This document shows, piece by piece, positions 33,977 through 45,217 of a stretch of 64,000 nt of DNA. The notes under the pieces are model-generated. The model searched no databases and was not told where the DNA came from. It was given only the letters and a program-made list of their open reading frames with translations. The number at the start of each line of letters is the position of its first letter. Within the stretch, counting starts at the first letter, position 1. Made by a program: the position numbers and the translations under genes. Origin of the DNA: an uncultured Chloroflexia bacterium. GTDB lineage: Bacteria > Chloroflexota > Anaerolineae > B4-G1 > SLSP01. The stretch is from positions 32,001 through 96,000 of the forward strand of contig CAVVUS010000037.1 in assembly GCA_963751345.1 (NCBI GenBank), read 5' to 3'.

Positions 33977-35704
33977 CTAAAGCGTGTACTTCTGCGTGAT
34001 CGGCGGGCGGCGGTCCTTGCCGAAGGCGCGCACCGTGATACGCACTCCCGGCGGCGCCTGCCGCCGCTTGTACTCCGCACGGTCCACCATCCTCACGACG
34101 CGCATCACGAGCGCCTCGGATACGCCGAGATTCCTGACGATCTCCTCGGGTGATTGGTCCTCTTCGACGTATGCGCGCAGGATCGGATCGAGAATCTCGT
34201 ACTCGGGAAGGGAATCGCTGTCCTTCTGGTCGGGCCGCAGCTCCGCCGATGGCGGGCGCGTGATAGCGCGCTCCGGGATAACCGGGCTCTCGCCCTGCTC
34301 GTTGCGCCAGCGCGACAGCGCGTAGACCAAGTCCTTGAGTACGTCCTTGATAACGGCGTACCCGCCGGCCATATCGCCGTAGAGCGTCGCATAGCCCACG
34401 CTCATCTCGCTCTTGTTGCCGGTCGTCAGCACCATCCAACCGAACTTATTGGAGAGCGCCATCAGGTAGTTGCCGCGGATGCGCGCCTGAACATTCTCCT
34501 CGGCGACGTTGGCCGCGGTGCCCGCGAACGGTGCTGCCAGCGCGTCGAGATAGGCGACGAAGACTTGCTCGATCGGAATGGTCATATAGCCGATACCGAG
34601 ATTCCTCGCCAACACAGCTGCATCATCATTGCTCATGTCCGCGGTATAGCGCGACGGCATCGAGACACCCGTGACGTTCTCCGGGCCCAGGGCATCGGCC
34701 GCAATGCAGGCGACGAGGCTGGAGTCGATGCCGCCCGATAGCCCGATCACAACCTTCTGGAATCCGTTCTTGCGCACGTAGTCGTGGGTGCCCAGCACCA
34801 ATGCGCTATAGATCTCGGCGAGATCGGGTAAGGGCTCGACCAGGTGTTCCGGCACGCCGGGTTTCTCGCTGTCAGATTCGGCCCCCGCGACAGGAAGATT
34901 GATGACGGGTAACGAGGCCGACGTGGCCTTCCGGCGCCGCGGATCGTGGAGCCGCCACCGGAACACGGCAGCCGTGTCGACGTCGGCGACGACAAAGTCT
35001 TCCTTGAATTGCGCGCCACGCGCGATCACCTCGCCTCGCTCGTCGATGATCAGGCTACGTCCGTCGAAGATCAGCTCATCCTGTCCCCCCACCAGATTGC
35101 AGAACGCCAGCACGGCGGCGTTATCCGCGGCACGCGTCCGCAGCATCTGTTCGCGCGAACTGCCCTTTCCCGCGTGGTAGGGAGACGCAGAGATATTGAT
35201 GAGCAGCCGTGCGCCGCCGTCAAGCGCTTGCTCCTCAGGCGGACCCGCAGGATACCAGATGTCCTCACATATGCTGACGCCAAAGGTCAACTGACCACGG
35301 CGCAGCACACAGTTGCTGTTACCCACCTGGAAATAGCGATCCTCGTCGAAGACGGCGTAGTTCGGAAGATAGTGCTTGTGATACGTGTGGACCCATACGC
35401 CATCGTGGAAAATGGCGGCGGCATTGTGAACGTCGTCGTCCACATCGGCGAATCCCACAATCGCCGTGATGTCCTGCGTCGTGTCCGCAATCGTGCGGAC
35501 GGCATCGAGGTTAGCCTGGAGAAATGACGGCTTCAGGAGCAGATCCTCCGGCGGATAGCCGGTCACGGACATCTCGGGGAAGAGCACGATATCGGCGCCC
35601 ACGTCCCGAGCGCGCCGGATTCCGGCCTCGATCTTGCTCACATTGCCATCGATGTCCCCAACGACTACATTGATCTGCGCCATCGCGATTCGGGCACGGC
35701 TCAT
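33977..35704 (-). CDS. nadE: Glutamine-dependent NAD+ synthetase
   Basis: Nitrilase domain (FPE, K, ICEDIW) plus synthetase domain (GLSGGIDS, ENVQARIRG, GNKSE, PSAELRPDQKD, EYKRRQAPPG). Confidence 0.96.
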   Translation of the reverse strand: MSRARIAMAQINVVVGDIDGNVSKIEAGIRRARDVGADIVLFPEMSVTGYPPEDLLLKPSFLQANLDAVRTIADTTQDITAIVGFADVDDDVHNAAAIFHDGVWVHTYHKHYLPNYAVFDEDRYFQVGNSNCVLRRGQLTFGVSICEDIWYPAGPPEEQALDGGARLLINISASPYHAGKGSSREQMLRTRAADNAAVLAFCNLVGGQDELIFDGRSLIIDERGEVIARGAQFKEDFVVADVDTAAVFRWRLHDPRRRKATSASLPVINLPVAGAESDSEKPGVPEHLVEPLPDLAEIYSALVLGTHDYVRKNGFQKVVIGLSGGIDSSLVACIAADALGPENVTGVSMPSRYTADMSNDDAAVLARNLGIGYMTIPIEQVFVAYLDALAAPFAGTAANVAEENVQARIRGNYLMALSNKFGWMVLTTGNKSEMSVGYATLYGDMAGGYAVIKDVLKDLVYALSRWRNEQGESPVIPERAITRPPSAELRPDQKDSDSLPEYEILDPILRAYVEEDQSPEEIVRNLGVSEALVMRVVRMVDRAEYKRRQAPPGVRITVRAFGKDRRPPITQKYTL

Positions 35705-35804
35705 GGTTCCTCCCCAGGGTCCAAAGTCTCAAGGCCGGGTAACAGTATACACGCTTTGGTAGGGCCGGGAACCGGTTGATAGGGGACGGAGGCATCTACG
35801 AAGG

Positions 35805-36297
35805 TCAGGTTGTGTCGATCAGCTCACAGACAGGGCCGGGACCCAGCCCGGGGTGCGCCGCCGACCCGCTGCTATGGAGCGCGGACTCAAGCTGGTGCAA
35901 TAACTTCGCCGGAGGAACGACGCCGTAGTTGATGTGCACCACGCGACCGCTGGGGTCAACGACCAGGCTGGTCGGCAGCGTCAGAATGTTGTAGGCCTTG
36001 GCTCGGTCGGGTTCGGCCTCTACATCCACAGGCTCGATCAGAGTGCGCACCCTCTCATCGAGCTGGGTCCACAGGCGAGCCTGGGTCTCGCACGACACAC
36101 AACTGTCGCTCCGAAAGTAGATCACGCGAGGGCACGGATCACCAGGTTCCCTCAGCGACGGTGCAGCGCCTGTCGAGCGCGGCACTTCACGCATGAGCTG
36201 CATTGCTGGCCCTGCGGCGTTGGTACCAGGTAGCCAAGAGGGCCAGGAGGCCGGCCACGACAACGACCGCGAGGGCGATCAGAAATCGATCGAGCAT
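35805..36297 (-). CDS. Membrane-anchored thioredoxin-like protein; frameshift near N-terminus
   Basis: CVSC motif and YNILTLPT. ATG 36297 encodes a hydrophobic MLDRFLIALAVV start. Confidence 0.75.
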
Positions 36298-36302
36298 GAG
36301 CA

Positions 36303-36764
36303 CTATCCGGTAAGCCGGCTGCGGGAAAACCCCGGCACGCCTAATCGGTTGAGTTGATAGTAGACGAAGCAGCCCAGACAGAACCCGGCAAAGAGGTTAA
36401 GAGAAGCCAACAGGACATGGAACCAGGCGAGGCTCCATCCGACAACGGGCCGACCAAGCAGCAGAAACGCGGTAGCAGCCAGGGCCAGCACCCCTCCCAC
36501 ACCCTTCGCAAAGCGGTGAGGCTCCTCGTAGTCAGAGATGATATTCGCACGAACAAGGCCCAGCGGCTTGAGCACGACTCGGTAAAGCTGGCGCCACAGC
36601 GAAAGGTTCGGACCCAGCAGGCCTACAAGATTGACGACGGCCACAGCCGCTACGAGGGGCCAAAAATCGACGACGAACCCCGTGACAAGCAGCAGAATCG
36701 TGCAAGCCTGGCTTACCTTGATTACAGATTGGTCCACACGCGGCATCTCCGGCCTCTCGTTCAT
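36303..36764 (-). CDS. DUF4395 family membrane protein
   Basis: EPHRFAKGVG and LNLFAGFCLGC motifs. Confidence 0.85.
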   Translation of the reverse strand: MNERPEMPRVDQSVIKVSQACTILLLVTGFVVDFWPLVAAVAVVNLVGLLGPNLSLWRQLYRVVLKPLGLVRANIISDYEEPHRFAKGVGGVLALAATAFLLLGRPVVGWSLAWFHVLLASLNLFAGFCLGCFVYYQLNRLGVPGFSRSRLTG

Positions 36765-36877
36765 ATCAGTTTCGCTCCTCACGATCACGCTATGCAGTGT
36801 CCGATATTCTACGATTAAGGATAGCAGAATATCACAAATGAGCCACTGACGCCAGATGCAGGAGTTGACATTTTGCA

Positions 36878-36906
36878 TTGACAATAGAACTAATGTCCTA
36901 TATAAT
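36878..36906 (+). promoter_or_regulatory. Perfect sigma70 promoter with LexA-box-like palindrome in the spacer
   Basis: TTGACA (36878-83), 17 nt, TATAAT (36901-06). The spacer holds TAGAAC-TAAT-GTCCTA, one mismatch to AGAAC-N4-GTTCT. Confidence 0.8.
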
Positions 36907-36944
36907 AGGAATAGGGTTATCGCGCATATTGGACGCCATGGACT

Positions 36945-36973
36945 TTGACGGGGCAAGTGACCTATGCTATACT
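36945..36973 (+). promoter_or_regulatory. Second sigma70 promoter upstream of the topoisomerase operon
   Basis: TTGACG-17 nt-TATACT with a TGn extended -10. Confidence 0.7.
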
Positions 36974-37176
36974 CCTCGCGTCGACCTAGAAGTCGCCTGA
37001 TCCTGGTCCGCATCCACCACACTGGGCGAGGATCGGTCCGATGCCCCCCTTTGTCGACCTGCGGATCTGAGGGCCATGAACGACCACGACGCTCACCCTC
37101 TGCAAGTGGAAAGACCAGGCCAATATCGCTATCGTGGTGGCACGATGGCTGTGGTGGATGTGTAAGTGAGGAATGA

Positions 37177-39186
37177 ATGGTAAAGAAACAAGCAGTCTAT
37201 GACGCATCATCTATCCAGGTGCTGGACTACCCGGAGAATATCCAGCGTCGTCCCGGTATGTACGTGGGCGGCAAGGGTGAATCGGCGCTGCACCACCTGG
37301 CGATCGAGGTCATCGACAACTCAGTCGATGAGGCCCTGGCGGGCGTCTGTGACTGGATTGACGTAACGATTAGGAAGGATGGCAGCATCACGATCGCAGA
37401 TGACGGGCGCGGATTCCCGGTGGGTATCCACCCCGAGAAAGACAAATCCGCGTTGGAGGTCGCGTTCACAGAGCTGCACTCCGGTGGCAAGTTCGACCAA
37501 GGCTCTTATTCGACTTCTGGCGGCCTGCACGGCGTCGGCATCAAGGCCACGAATGCTTTGTCCAAGTGGCTCGACGTCGAAGTGAAACGCGACGGCGTGA
37601 TCTACCATCAGCGCCACGAGCGTGGCCTGCCGGTCACTGCAGTACTGATACTTGATCCCCATAGCCGCGACGTCATCGGCGAGGTCGGTGAACGTAAGGA
37701 GAAGTCCGTGATCCGCCAACACGCGGATCGTCAGATCGGCACCGGGAGCACGGTCTCCTTTATGCCAAATCCGGAGTTCCTGGACGTGACCGAGTTCGAC
37801 TTCAGCACGCTGGCACGACGGCTCCAAACCGTGGCGTTCCTGGTGCCGGGGCTGAAGGTCCACATTGTGGACGAACGAGATACGGACAATGAGCGCACCT
37901 ACCAATACAATGGTGGGATCGCCGAATACGTCGCCTACCTCAACCGGGACCGTCAGACCATCAACGAACCGATCACGATCACAGGTCAGACCGAGGACAA
38001 CACCAGGGTCGAGATCGTGCTCCAATATCAGGACCAAGACGAGGAGGAGATCATCTCCTTCGTCAACACCATCCCCACCCCCGACGGGGGACGTCACGTA
38101 GCGGGATTCCGTTCGGCCCTCACCAAGGCGGTCAACGTCTTCGCGGGAGAGAAAAAGCTCCTCAAACCCGGAGACGAAATCACGGGACGCGATACGAGTG
38201 CCGGAATCACGGCGATCGTCAACGTGAGCATGCGCGATCCGCAGTTCACGAGCCAGACCAAGACCCAGCTCGGCAGTGACCAGGTCCAGGGACAGGTGCA
38301 CTCGATCGTCTACGACGCGCTGTTGACCCAATTCCGGAAGAAGATGCCGCTCGGGCGCGCCATCGTGTCACGATGCCTGGCGGCCTCCCGCGCGCGCCAC
38401 GCCGCCGCGAAGGCCCGCGCGCTGGTCATGCGGCGTTCGGTCCTGGAGATCGACGAACTGCCGGGCAAGTTGGCCGACGTAGCCAAAGGCAGCCCGACCA
38501 ACCAGACCACGCTCTTTATCGTGGAGGGCGATTCGGCCGGGGGCTCCTGCAAGCAAGCACGCAACCGCAACTACCACGCGATCCTGCCCCTGCGCGGCAA
38601 GATTCTCAATACCGAACGCGCCCGGCTCAGCAAAGCACTCGCCAACGCCGAGGTCAAGTCCATCATCGCTGCCGTCGGCGCGGGCATAGGCTCGGACTTC
38701 GAGACGGAGAAGATGCGCTATGGGCGGGTGGCGATTCTGGTCGATGCCGACGTAGACGGCGATCACATCAAGACGTTGCTCTACACCCTCTTCTGGCGGC
38801 TGATGCGCACGATGGTGGAGGACGGGAAACTCTTCATCGCGCGCGCGCCCCTCTACCAGTTACGCAACGGTAAGAACAGCGCATACGCCTACACTGAAGC
38901 GGAGCGGGAACGCATCCTCAAGCAGTGGAAAACGGACAAAGCCACGACCCAACGCTACAAGGGATTGGGCGAGATGAACCCCAGCCAGCTTCGCGAGACC
39001 ATCTTCAAGGCGGGCGACCCCAATCCGTGGTTCAACGAGCATATGGCCCGCGTCACCGTCAACGACGTCCACGCCGCCAACACGACTGTCTCGCTGTGGA
39101 TGGGGGGCAGCCCCTCACAGCGCCGCGAGCGGTTGATGGAACATTGGGATGGTAAGGTCGTCGCCGACAACGGCGCCGGTGACTAG
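37177..39186 (+). CDS. parE: Type IIA DNA topoisomerase subunit B (ParE/GyrB family)
   Basis: [48 protein letters not shown] and RYKGLGEM. Assigned parE rather than gyrB from the partner subunit. Confidence 0.85.
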   Translation: MVKKQAVYDASSIQVLDYPENIQRRPGMYVGGKGESALHHLAIEVIDNSVDEALAGVCDWIDVTIRKDGSITIADDGRGFPVGIHPEKDKSALEVAFTELHSGGKFDQGSYSTSGGLHGVGIKATNALSKWLDVEVKRDGVIYHQRHERGLPVTAVLILDPHSRDVIGEVGERKEKSVIRQHADRQIGTGSTVSFMPNPEFLDVTEFDFSTLARRLQTVAFLVPGLKVHIVDERDTDNERTYQYNGGIAEYVAYLNRDRQTINEPITITGQTEDNTRVEIVLQYQDQDEEEIISFVNTIPTPDGGRHVAGFRSALTKAVNVFAGEKKLLKPGDEITGRDTSAGITAIVNVSMRDPQFTSQTKTQLGSDQVQGQVHSIVYDALLTQFRKKMPLGRAIVSRCLAASRARHAAAKARALVMRRSVLEIDELPGKLADVAKGSPTNQTTLFIVEGDSAGGSCKQARNRNYHAILPLRGKILNTERARLSKALANAEVKSIIAAVGAGIGSDFETEKMRYGRVAILVDADVDGDHIKTLLYTLFWRLMRTMVEDGKLFIARAPLYQLRNGKNSAYAYTEAERERILKQWKTDKATTQRYKGLGEMNPSQLRETIFKAGDPNPWFNEHMARVTVNDVHAANTTVSLWMGGSPSQRRERLMEHWDGKVVADNGAGD

Positions 39187-39205
39187 GAAAAAGGAAGGAA
39201 CCAGA

Positions 39206-41698
39206 ATGGCAGCAACCGCAGCCAGTGTTGAGGAAACCTACACCGATACCGTCGAACTGTATCGGGACATGACCCAGGCCTACATCGGCTATGCGCGCGA
39301 GACCATTGAGGACCGCGCGCTACCCGACGTGCGCGACGGCCTCAAGCCCGTGCAGCGGCGCATCCTCTATGCGATGCACGATCTTGGGCTGACACACAGC
39401 AAACCACATAAGAAATCCGCCCGTATCGTCGGAGAGGTTCTGGGTAAGTACCATCCGCACGGCGACAGCTCGGTCTACCTGGCGATGGTGCGCTTGGCCC
39501 AGGACTTCGTGATGCGGGCGCCCTTGGTCGATGGACAGGGCAACTTCGGATCCATCGACGGCGATTCTCCGGCGGCTATGCGGTATACCGAAGCGCGTCT
39601 CAGCGCATTGGCGGAGACGATGCTCCAGGATCTGCAGATGAACACGGTGAGCTGGGTCGACAACTTCGACGGGAGTCTCCAGGAGCCGACCGTCCTGCCC
39701 ACCGTGCTGCCCAACCTGCTGGTCAACGGTGTCGACGGTATCGCCGTCGGCATGGCCACAAAGATTCCGCCTCACAACCTCGGCGAGGTATGCGATGCCG
39801 TGGTTCACGTCGCCAAGCAGTGGTCCCGTCGGGCCAAGATCACGGTCGACGAGCTGATGAAGATCATCCCGGGCCCAGACTTCCCGACCGGCGGGTTGAT
39901 CTACCGCTATCGCGACCAGGGCGAGGGCGATCCCATCGACACGATCCGTCAGGCGTACCGGACGGGGCGGGGCCTCGTCGTGATGCAGGCGCGGGTCCAA
40001 CTGGAGGACATCGGCGGAGGCAAGACCAACATCGTCGTCACCGAGCTGCCCTATGCCGTCCTGAAGACCACGGTCATCGAAAAGCTCGCCCGCGAGATCC
40101 GCGAGGGGCGCCTCACCGGCATCACCGACCTGCGCGACGAGTCGGACTACACGGGAATGCGCGTCGTCATCGAACTCTCGCGAAACGCCAACCCGAATGA
40201 GGTCATCGCGGAGACGCTGAAGTACTCGCAGCTTCGTGAGACCTTCGGCGTCATCAACCTGGCGTTGGTCCCGACCGACGACGGCGAGACCCGGCCCACG
40301 TATCTGTCGCTGGCGCAGATGCTAATCCACTTCGTGCACCATCGCCTGATCGTCATCGAACGCCGGAGCCAATACGAGCTGGAGGTCCGGCGCGCGCGGC
40401 TGCACATCGTCGAGGGATTGCTCAAAGCGCTGGATATCCTCGACGAGGTGATCGACACGATCCGCCGGTCGCGGACGGCAGAGACGGCACACGACAACCT
40501 GATGCACAAGTTCGGTTTCACCGATCTCCAGGCCACGGCGATCCTGAACATGCAGCTTCGCCGCCTGGCTGCGCTGGAGCGCCGGCATCTCGTGGACGAA
40601 GCGAAAGAGCTGCGAGACCGCATCAAGTTCCTGGAGAGCCTTCTGGGCTCGGAAGAGAAGCGACTCGAGGTCATCGTCGAGGAGACGACCCAGCTCAAAG
40701 AAACCTACGCTACACCCCGGCGAACGGTGATCATCGACACGGCGGAGAACGCCGCAGGGAACGGCAGCTTTACCACCCAGGCGGATCTGGTCATGCCGGA
40801 GGGGAAGCAGTTGGTCATCCTCACTCCCAACGGGATCCAGCGCCGGGACGCTTCAGGCTACTACTACCGCGTGGACGACGGGCTCACGAGTCGCGCGCCC
40901 GCCGGGGGCGGGCACCTCGCCCACCTTGAGGTCGAGCCAAACGAGGAAGTACTCCTCTTCTCCAGCAGGGGACGCGGGTGGAAGGGAGCCGTCGGCTTTG
41001 TTCCGGAGGAAGCCACGCCCGAAGCGATGGGGCTGGCCAAGGGTGAGGAGATCGTGGGTGCGGTCATCCTGAACCCCGACGATCATCTCGTGATGGTCAG
41101 TCGCGCCGGCAAGATCAAACGAACCAAGAGCGCAGACCTCTCCCTACCCGACCGGAGCTGGGATGTCATCATGGGGCTGGACGACGACTCCGATCGGTTG
41201 CTGGTCGGAGCGGTAGCCAACGACACCGCTCACGTCGTCTTCTATACGGCGGAAGCGCAGACGTTGCGCATCGACGCCAGCACGGTCAACCCACAGCAAA
41301 CGGGCTCAGCCTCCGGTGTGGTGGGGATCAAGATTCGCGAGGACGACACACTGCTCGGTGCCGTCGTCGTGCCCGACGGTGAGAAGGAAGAGGCGCTGTC
41401 ACAGATCGTGGTCGTATCGGAAACCGGCTACGTCCACCGCTTCGCCCTGGCCGAAGTCGCGGTGAAGGGACGTGGCAGCATGGGCGTGCGCTGTCTGCGC
41501 ATCTCCAAGTCCACCGGCAAGCTGGGGGGATTCGCCATCGGCCGAGAGGATGAAGGCGTTGACGTCTTCCTCGTCGACGGGCGGCGCTATCACCAGACCA
41601 TCAAGGCATTACCGGCTACCGCACGAGACGTCCAGGGCAACAAACTGATCAAAGACCCGAAGAAACAGCCTGTGGTACAGGCGGTGGTGGTAAGATAG
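39206..41698 (+). CDS. parC: Type IIA DNA topoisomerase subunit A (ParC-like, no GyrA box)
   Basis: [28 protein letters not shown] (catalytic Tyr) and GPDFPTG. The C-terminal pinwheel lacks QxRGGKG. Confidence 0.85.
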   Translation: MAATAASVEETYTDTVELYRDMTQAYIGYARETIEDRALPDVRDGLKPVQRRILYAMHDLGLTHSKPHKKSARIVGEVLGKYHPHGDSSVYLAMVRLAQDFVMRAPLVDGQGNFGSIDGDSPAAMRYTEARLSALAETMLQDLQMNTVSWVDNFDGSLQEPTVLPTVLPNLLVNGVDGIAVGMATKIPPHNLGEVCDAVVHVAKQWSRRAKITVDELMKIIPGPDFPTGGLIYRYRDQGEGDPIDTIRQAYRTGRGLVVMQARVQLEDIGGGKTNIVVTELPYAVLKTTVIEKLAREIREGRLTGITDLRDESDYTGMRVVIELSRNANPNEVIAETLKYSQLRETFGVINLALVPTDDGETRPTYLSLAQMLIHFVHHRLIVIERRSQYELEVRRARLHIVEGLLKALDILDEVIDTIRRSRTAETAHDNLMHKFGFTDLQATAILNMQLRRLAALERRHLVDEAKELRDRIKFLESLLGSEEKRLEVIVEETTQLKETYATPRRTVIIDTAENAAGNGSFTTQADLVMPEGKQLVILTPNGIQRRDASGYYYRVDDGLTSRAPAGGGHLAHLEVEPNEEVLLFSSRGRGWKGAVGFVPEEATPEAMGLAKGEEIVGAVILNPDDHLVMVSRAGKIKRTKSADLSLPDRSWDVIMGLDDDSDRLLVGAVANDTAHVVFYTAEAQTLRIDASTVNPQQTGSASGVVGIKIREDDTLLGAVVVPDGEKEEALSQIVVVSETGYVHRFALAEVAVKGRGSMGVRCLRISKSTGKLGGFAIGREDEGVDVFLVDGRRYHQTIKALPATARDVQGNKLIKDPKKQPVVQAVVVR

Positions 41699-41736
41699 CA
41701 ATCAGCGGTTAGCGATCAGCTTTCCAGGAGATGCCT

Positions 41737-42739
41737 ATGCGTGCAGCTACCCAGACCACCCTCCCGCGCTGGCGAGGGTTCAACCTGCTGGAGATGTTCA
41801 CCACGAGGAGCAGTGGAGATTTTCGGGAGGACGATTTCCGCTGGATGGCCGACTGGGGATTCAACTTCGCCCGGATCCCCGCCTGCTACACACTGTGGAT
41901 TGAGGACGAGGATGTCTACAAGCTCCACGAACCTATGCTGGCGAAGATAGACCACGTCGTCGATCTGGGGCGGCAGTACGGCATCCACGTCTCGTTCAAC
42001 TTCCACCGCGGCCCCGGCTACTCTGTGAACCGAGAGCGGCAGGAGCCTTTCGACCTCTGGAAGGACCAGGAGGCGCTGGATGCCTTCGTCTTCCATTGGA
42101 CAGACGCTCGCGGAGCGCTACAAAGGCATCCCGTCCGACGATTTGAGTTTCGACCTCGTCAACGAGCCGCCCTCGCCCCACCCGGACGGCATGACCCGTG
42201 AGGACCACGAACGAGTCGTTCGCGCCACCGTTGCCGCGATCCGCGAGATCGACCCCGACCGGCTCATCATCGCCGACGGGCTCGGCTACGGGCGGCTGAC
42301 GATGCCGGAGCTGGCCGATCTGGGGATTGCACAGAGCTGCCGCGCCTACGAGCCGATGGGCGTCAGCCACTACAAAGCCTCGTGGGTCAACGGCGAAGAT
42401 TGGCCGGTTCCCCAATGGCCCGGAGCGTGGCACTATGGTGCGACCTGGGACAGGAGCAACCTCGAAGCTGCGTACGCACCGTGGGCCGAACTCGCCGCAC
42501 AGGGCATTGGCGTTCACTGCGGCGAGGGTGGCGCTTTCAACAGGACGCCCCACGACGTCGTCCTCGCCTGGTTGCGTGACGTCTTGGAGATCCTCACGGG
42601 CTACAACATCGGTTATGCCCTCTGGAACTTTCGCGGCGCCTTCGGGATCCTCGATTCGGGTCGCGACGACGTGGCGTACGAGGACTGGCACGGGCACAAG
42701 CTGGACCGTCCGCTGCTCGACCTACTCCAGGAGTTCTGA
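41737..42739 (+). CDS. Glycoside hydrolase family 5; frameshift near 42105
   Basis: WRGFNL, WGFNFARIP, FDLVNEP (acid/base), HCGEGG (nucleophile) and YALWNFRG. Confidence 0.9.
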
Positions 42740-42752
42740 TCCGACGTTGCCG

Positions 42753-42783
42753 GCGACGCTCGCTCTAGTAAAGCGAGCGTCGC
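42753..42783. terminator. Hairpin between convergent genes
   Basis: 12-bp stem gcgacgctcgct / agcgagcgtcgc with a 7-nt loop. Confidence 0.6.
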
Positions 42784-42819
42784 TGACTTGCGGTATACTC
42801 CCTGCTCCCCAATCTCGCT

Positions 42820-43668
42820 TCACGGATGCTTGCCCAACATCATCCCGTGAAGGGCCCCCTGGAGATTGCGGGTGATGGCGCCGGGCTTGCCCTCGCCGAT
42901 GGGACGGCCCTCTATCTCCACGACGGGCATGACGCCGGTGGTCGTCCCCAGCAATAGCACCTCATCCGCATCGCACAGGGTCTCTTCCAGTATGGGGCGC
43001 TCTTCGTAGGGGATCTCGAGTTCCTGGCATAGGGTCAGAACCGCATCGCGGGTCACACTGCCCAGGATGTGATGCGTCAGCGGATGTGTGACCAACTGCC
43101 CGTCGAAGACGGCGCACACGCTCGTGTGCGAGCCCTCGGTCACCACACCATCCCTGACCAGGATCGCATCGTAGGCCCCCGCTTGCTTCGCACGTTGGCT
43201 TGCCAGGACGTTGGGCAGCAGCATCAGTGACTTGATATCACAGCGAGCCCAGCGAAGGTCCGGCAACATGATGGCGCGGACGCCGTTGGCCCACAGTGCT
43301 TCCGGGGGTACAAATGGCTCAGCCGAAGCATAGACGGTCGGGGAGACGGGTCTCTCCGGGAAGGTATGTCCGCGTGGTGCCACACCGCGCGTCACCTGGA
43401 TATAGAGCTTCGCGCCTGCATGGTCGAGGGCGTTCTGTGGGAGCAGCGCCTCAACGGAGGATCTCAGCAGCCCGAGATCTGGGAGAGGGATTTGCAGCGC
43501 CTGGAGGCTGCGCACGAGGCGCTTGAAGTGCACGTCCGACATGAAAAGCGTCCCGTCATAGGCACAGATGACCTCATAGACGCCGTCGGCGAAGAGGAAA
43601 CCACGATCGTCAGGCGAGATACGGACGTCCTCCTTGGGCAACAACTCTCCATTGTAGTATACGATCAT
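42820..43668 (-). CDS. dat: D-amino acid aminotransferase (PLP class IV)
   Basis: DRGFLFADGVYEV, YIQVTRG..RGH, RW..CDIKS..LLPNVL, VTEGS, ILGSVTR and ADEV motifs. Confidence 0.88.
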   Translation of the reverse strand: MIVYYNGELLPKEDVRISPDDRGFLFADGVYEVICAYDGTLFMSDVHFKRLVRSLQALQIPLPDLGLLRSSVEALLPQNALDHAGAKLYIQVTRGVAPRGHTFPERPVSPTVYASAEPFVPPEALWANGVRAIMLPDLRWARCDIKSLMLLPNVLASQRAKQAGAYDAILVRDGVVTEGSHTSVCAVFDGQLVTHPLTHHILGSVTRDAVLTLCQELEIPYEERPILEETLCDADEVLLLGTTTGVMPVVEIEGRPIGEGKPGAITRNLQGALHGMMLGKHP

Positions 43669-43717
43669 TGGCTTTAGGAGCTCCAAGTCCTGAATGCTAA
43701 TTGCCAGGCAAGGACAG

Positions 43718-44311
43718 TCACATCCGTCCCCGTGCCCGACCATAGGCCAGCAGACTGTCACGGTGGATGAGCCATTCCCCGCGGATCTTCTCAGCACGTA
43801 CCAGGCCCTCGCGGGCCAGCCAGCGAATGTGGCTGGCCACGTAGTCCGTGACCTCGCTGGCTTCGGCGGTCCCGATCCACCCCTCGAGATAGGCGAGCAG
43901 CAGCTCACGATCGAAGAGCCAGCTATCGCCCTCTTGACGCGCGCCGACGCGCCCTTCTGCAGCAAGCTTCAACAGGTAGGTTGAGCCGCAGCCCGTCGCC
44001 CGGATGGCGTCTAGCGTGGAGATCCATTCCAGGTCGGCATCGTGGTCGAAGGGTGTCTCGCGGATGTGGATGTCGGGGCGAAGCTCCTCCAAAGTCCGAA
44101 GGAGCTTGTCGATCCGGTGACGATTCCCAAAATAGGTCACAAGCTCGCGCGCCATGTCACTCTTGTTCGTGCCGGTCAGCACCTCATCATCGACTCCCGC
44201 ATCGAAGGCAAGATCGCGCAGTTCACTCTCGGTGAGCCTCTCCACGAGTACCCGTCGCAGGTCCGCCCGATCGACCGGCACTCTCACGCTCTCAGGAGCG
44301 CACCTTGTCAC
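43718..44311 (-). CDS. Effector-associated domain (EAD7-like) fused to two excisionase-type HTH domains
   Basis: N-terminal ELRDLAFDAGVD..L.G.NK..MARELV.YF..R.RI..L..L..LRP. Two repeats of WI.T.[DE]A....G...A...G..WL..R..LLAY. GGAGGG RBS. Confidence 0.7.
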   Translation of the reverse strand: MTRCAPESVRVPVDRADLRRVLVERLTESELRDLAFDAGVDDEVLTGTNKSDMARELVTYFGNRHRIDKLLRTLEELRPDIHIRETPFDHDADLEWISTLDAIRATGCGSTYLLKLAAEGRVGARQEGDSWLFDRELLLAYLEGWIGTAEASEVTDYVASHIRWLAREGLVRAEKIRGEWLIHRDSLLAYGRARGRM

Positions 44312-44525
44312 GATAGCCCTCCTTGTCGAGGCCCGGGCAAGCGGTGGACAGTTGCCCGGATTGGCCTATGCTTCCAGCCGCATTGTCTAGTATTATAGGT
44401 ATCGACGCCTTTCGGGCAACGGGCCGTGCCCACGCTGCGCATTACTCTTGGCGGCAAATGGCGTTACAATGCGTACAAGAGATAGATCGTCACACCCACA
44501 CTTTTCCCTGTTAAGGAGTAGAGTC

Positions 44526-45191
44526 ATGTCATCGCACCTGCAAATAAAGACTGCTGTCATCACAGGAAACCATCCGTTTGACGTACCAGCCTTCACCCGG
44601 CTCTTCCGCGTCCTCTCGAACGTCGACGCGTTCATCCAGACCCTGGACGATTTCGTGGCGGATGAGGGTAAAGCACGCAACTGGTACGACGCGATCGTTT
44701 TCTACAACTTCCAGCAGGAAACGCCGGGGGCGCCGAATCACGAGCCCGGCGGAGGACGCGACGTGCTGAACGCGCTCAAGCGCCTCGGAAAGACCGACCA
44801 GGGCATCGTCGTCCTGCACCACGCCCTGATGGCCTTCCGCGAGTGGCCGTTTTGGTCGGAGTTGGTGGGCATCGAGGAGCGGGGGTTGGGCTACCACCAC
44901 GACCAGGAGATCGACGTTCACGTCGAGGACCCCAGCCACCCGATCACACTTCACCGGGGCGACTGGTCCATGGTTGACGAGACGTATACCATCAACGAGC
45001 CCGACGCCGATTCCAAGGTCCTGCTAACCACAAACCATCCCAACAGCATGCACAGCCTGGCGTGGGCCCGCACCTTCAACAAGGCGAGGGTCTTCTGCTA
45101 CGCATCCGGGCACGATTCGCAGGCGTTCGACAACCCTCATTTCCGCACCGTCCTGTCACGGGGCATCGCCTGGGCAGCGGGACACATCTGA
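44526..45191 (+). CDS. ThuA-like (class I glutamine amidotransferase-fold) protein
   Basis: GIVVLHHA, HPIT..DETY, LAW.R..RVFC...GHD and RGIAWAAG motifs. Confidence 0.85.
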   Translation: MSSHLQIKTAVITGNHPFDVPAFTRLFRVLSNVDAFIQTLDDFVADEGKARNWYDAIVFYNFQQETPGAPNHEPGGGRDVLNALKRLGKTDQGIVVLHHALMAFREWPFWSELVGIEERGLGYHHDQEIDVHVEDPSHPITLHRGDWSMVDETYTINEPDADSKVLLTTNHPNSMHSLAWARTFNKARVFCYASGHDSQAFDNPHFRTVLSRGIAWAAGHI

Positions 45192-45217
45192 GGACGGCAG
45201 CAAGGACCTCGACAGAC

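Noticed and set aside
37177-41698. Canonical gyrB-gyrA call
   Set aside because: No GyrA box in the CTD and no origin-region context. Topo IV-like is preferred, pending phylogeny.
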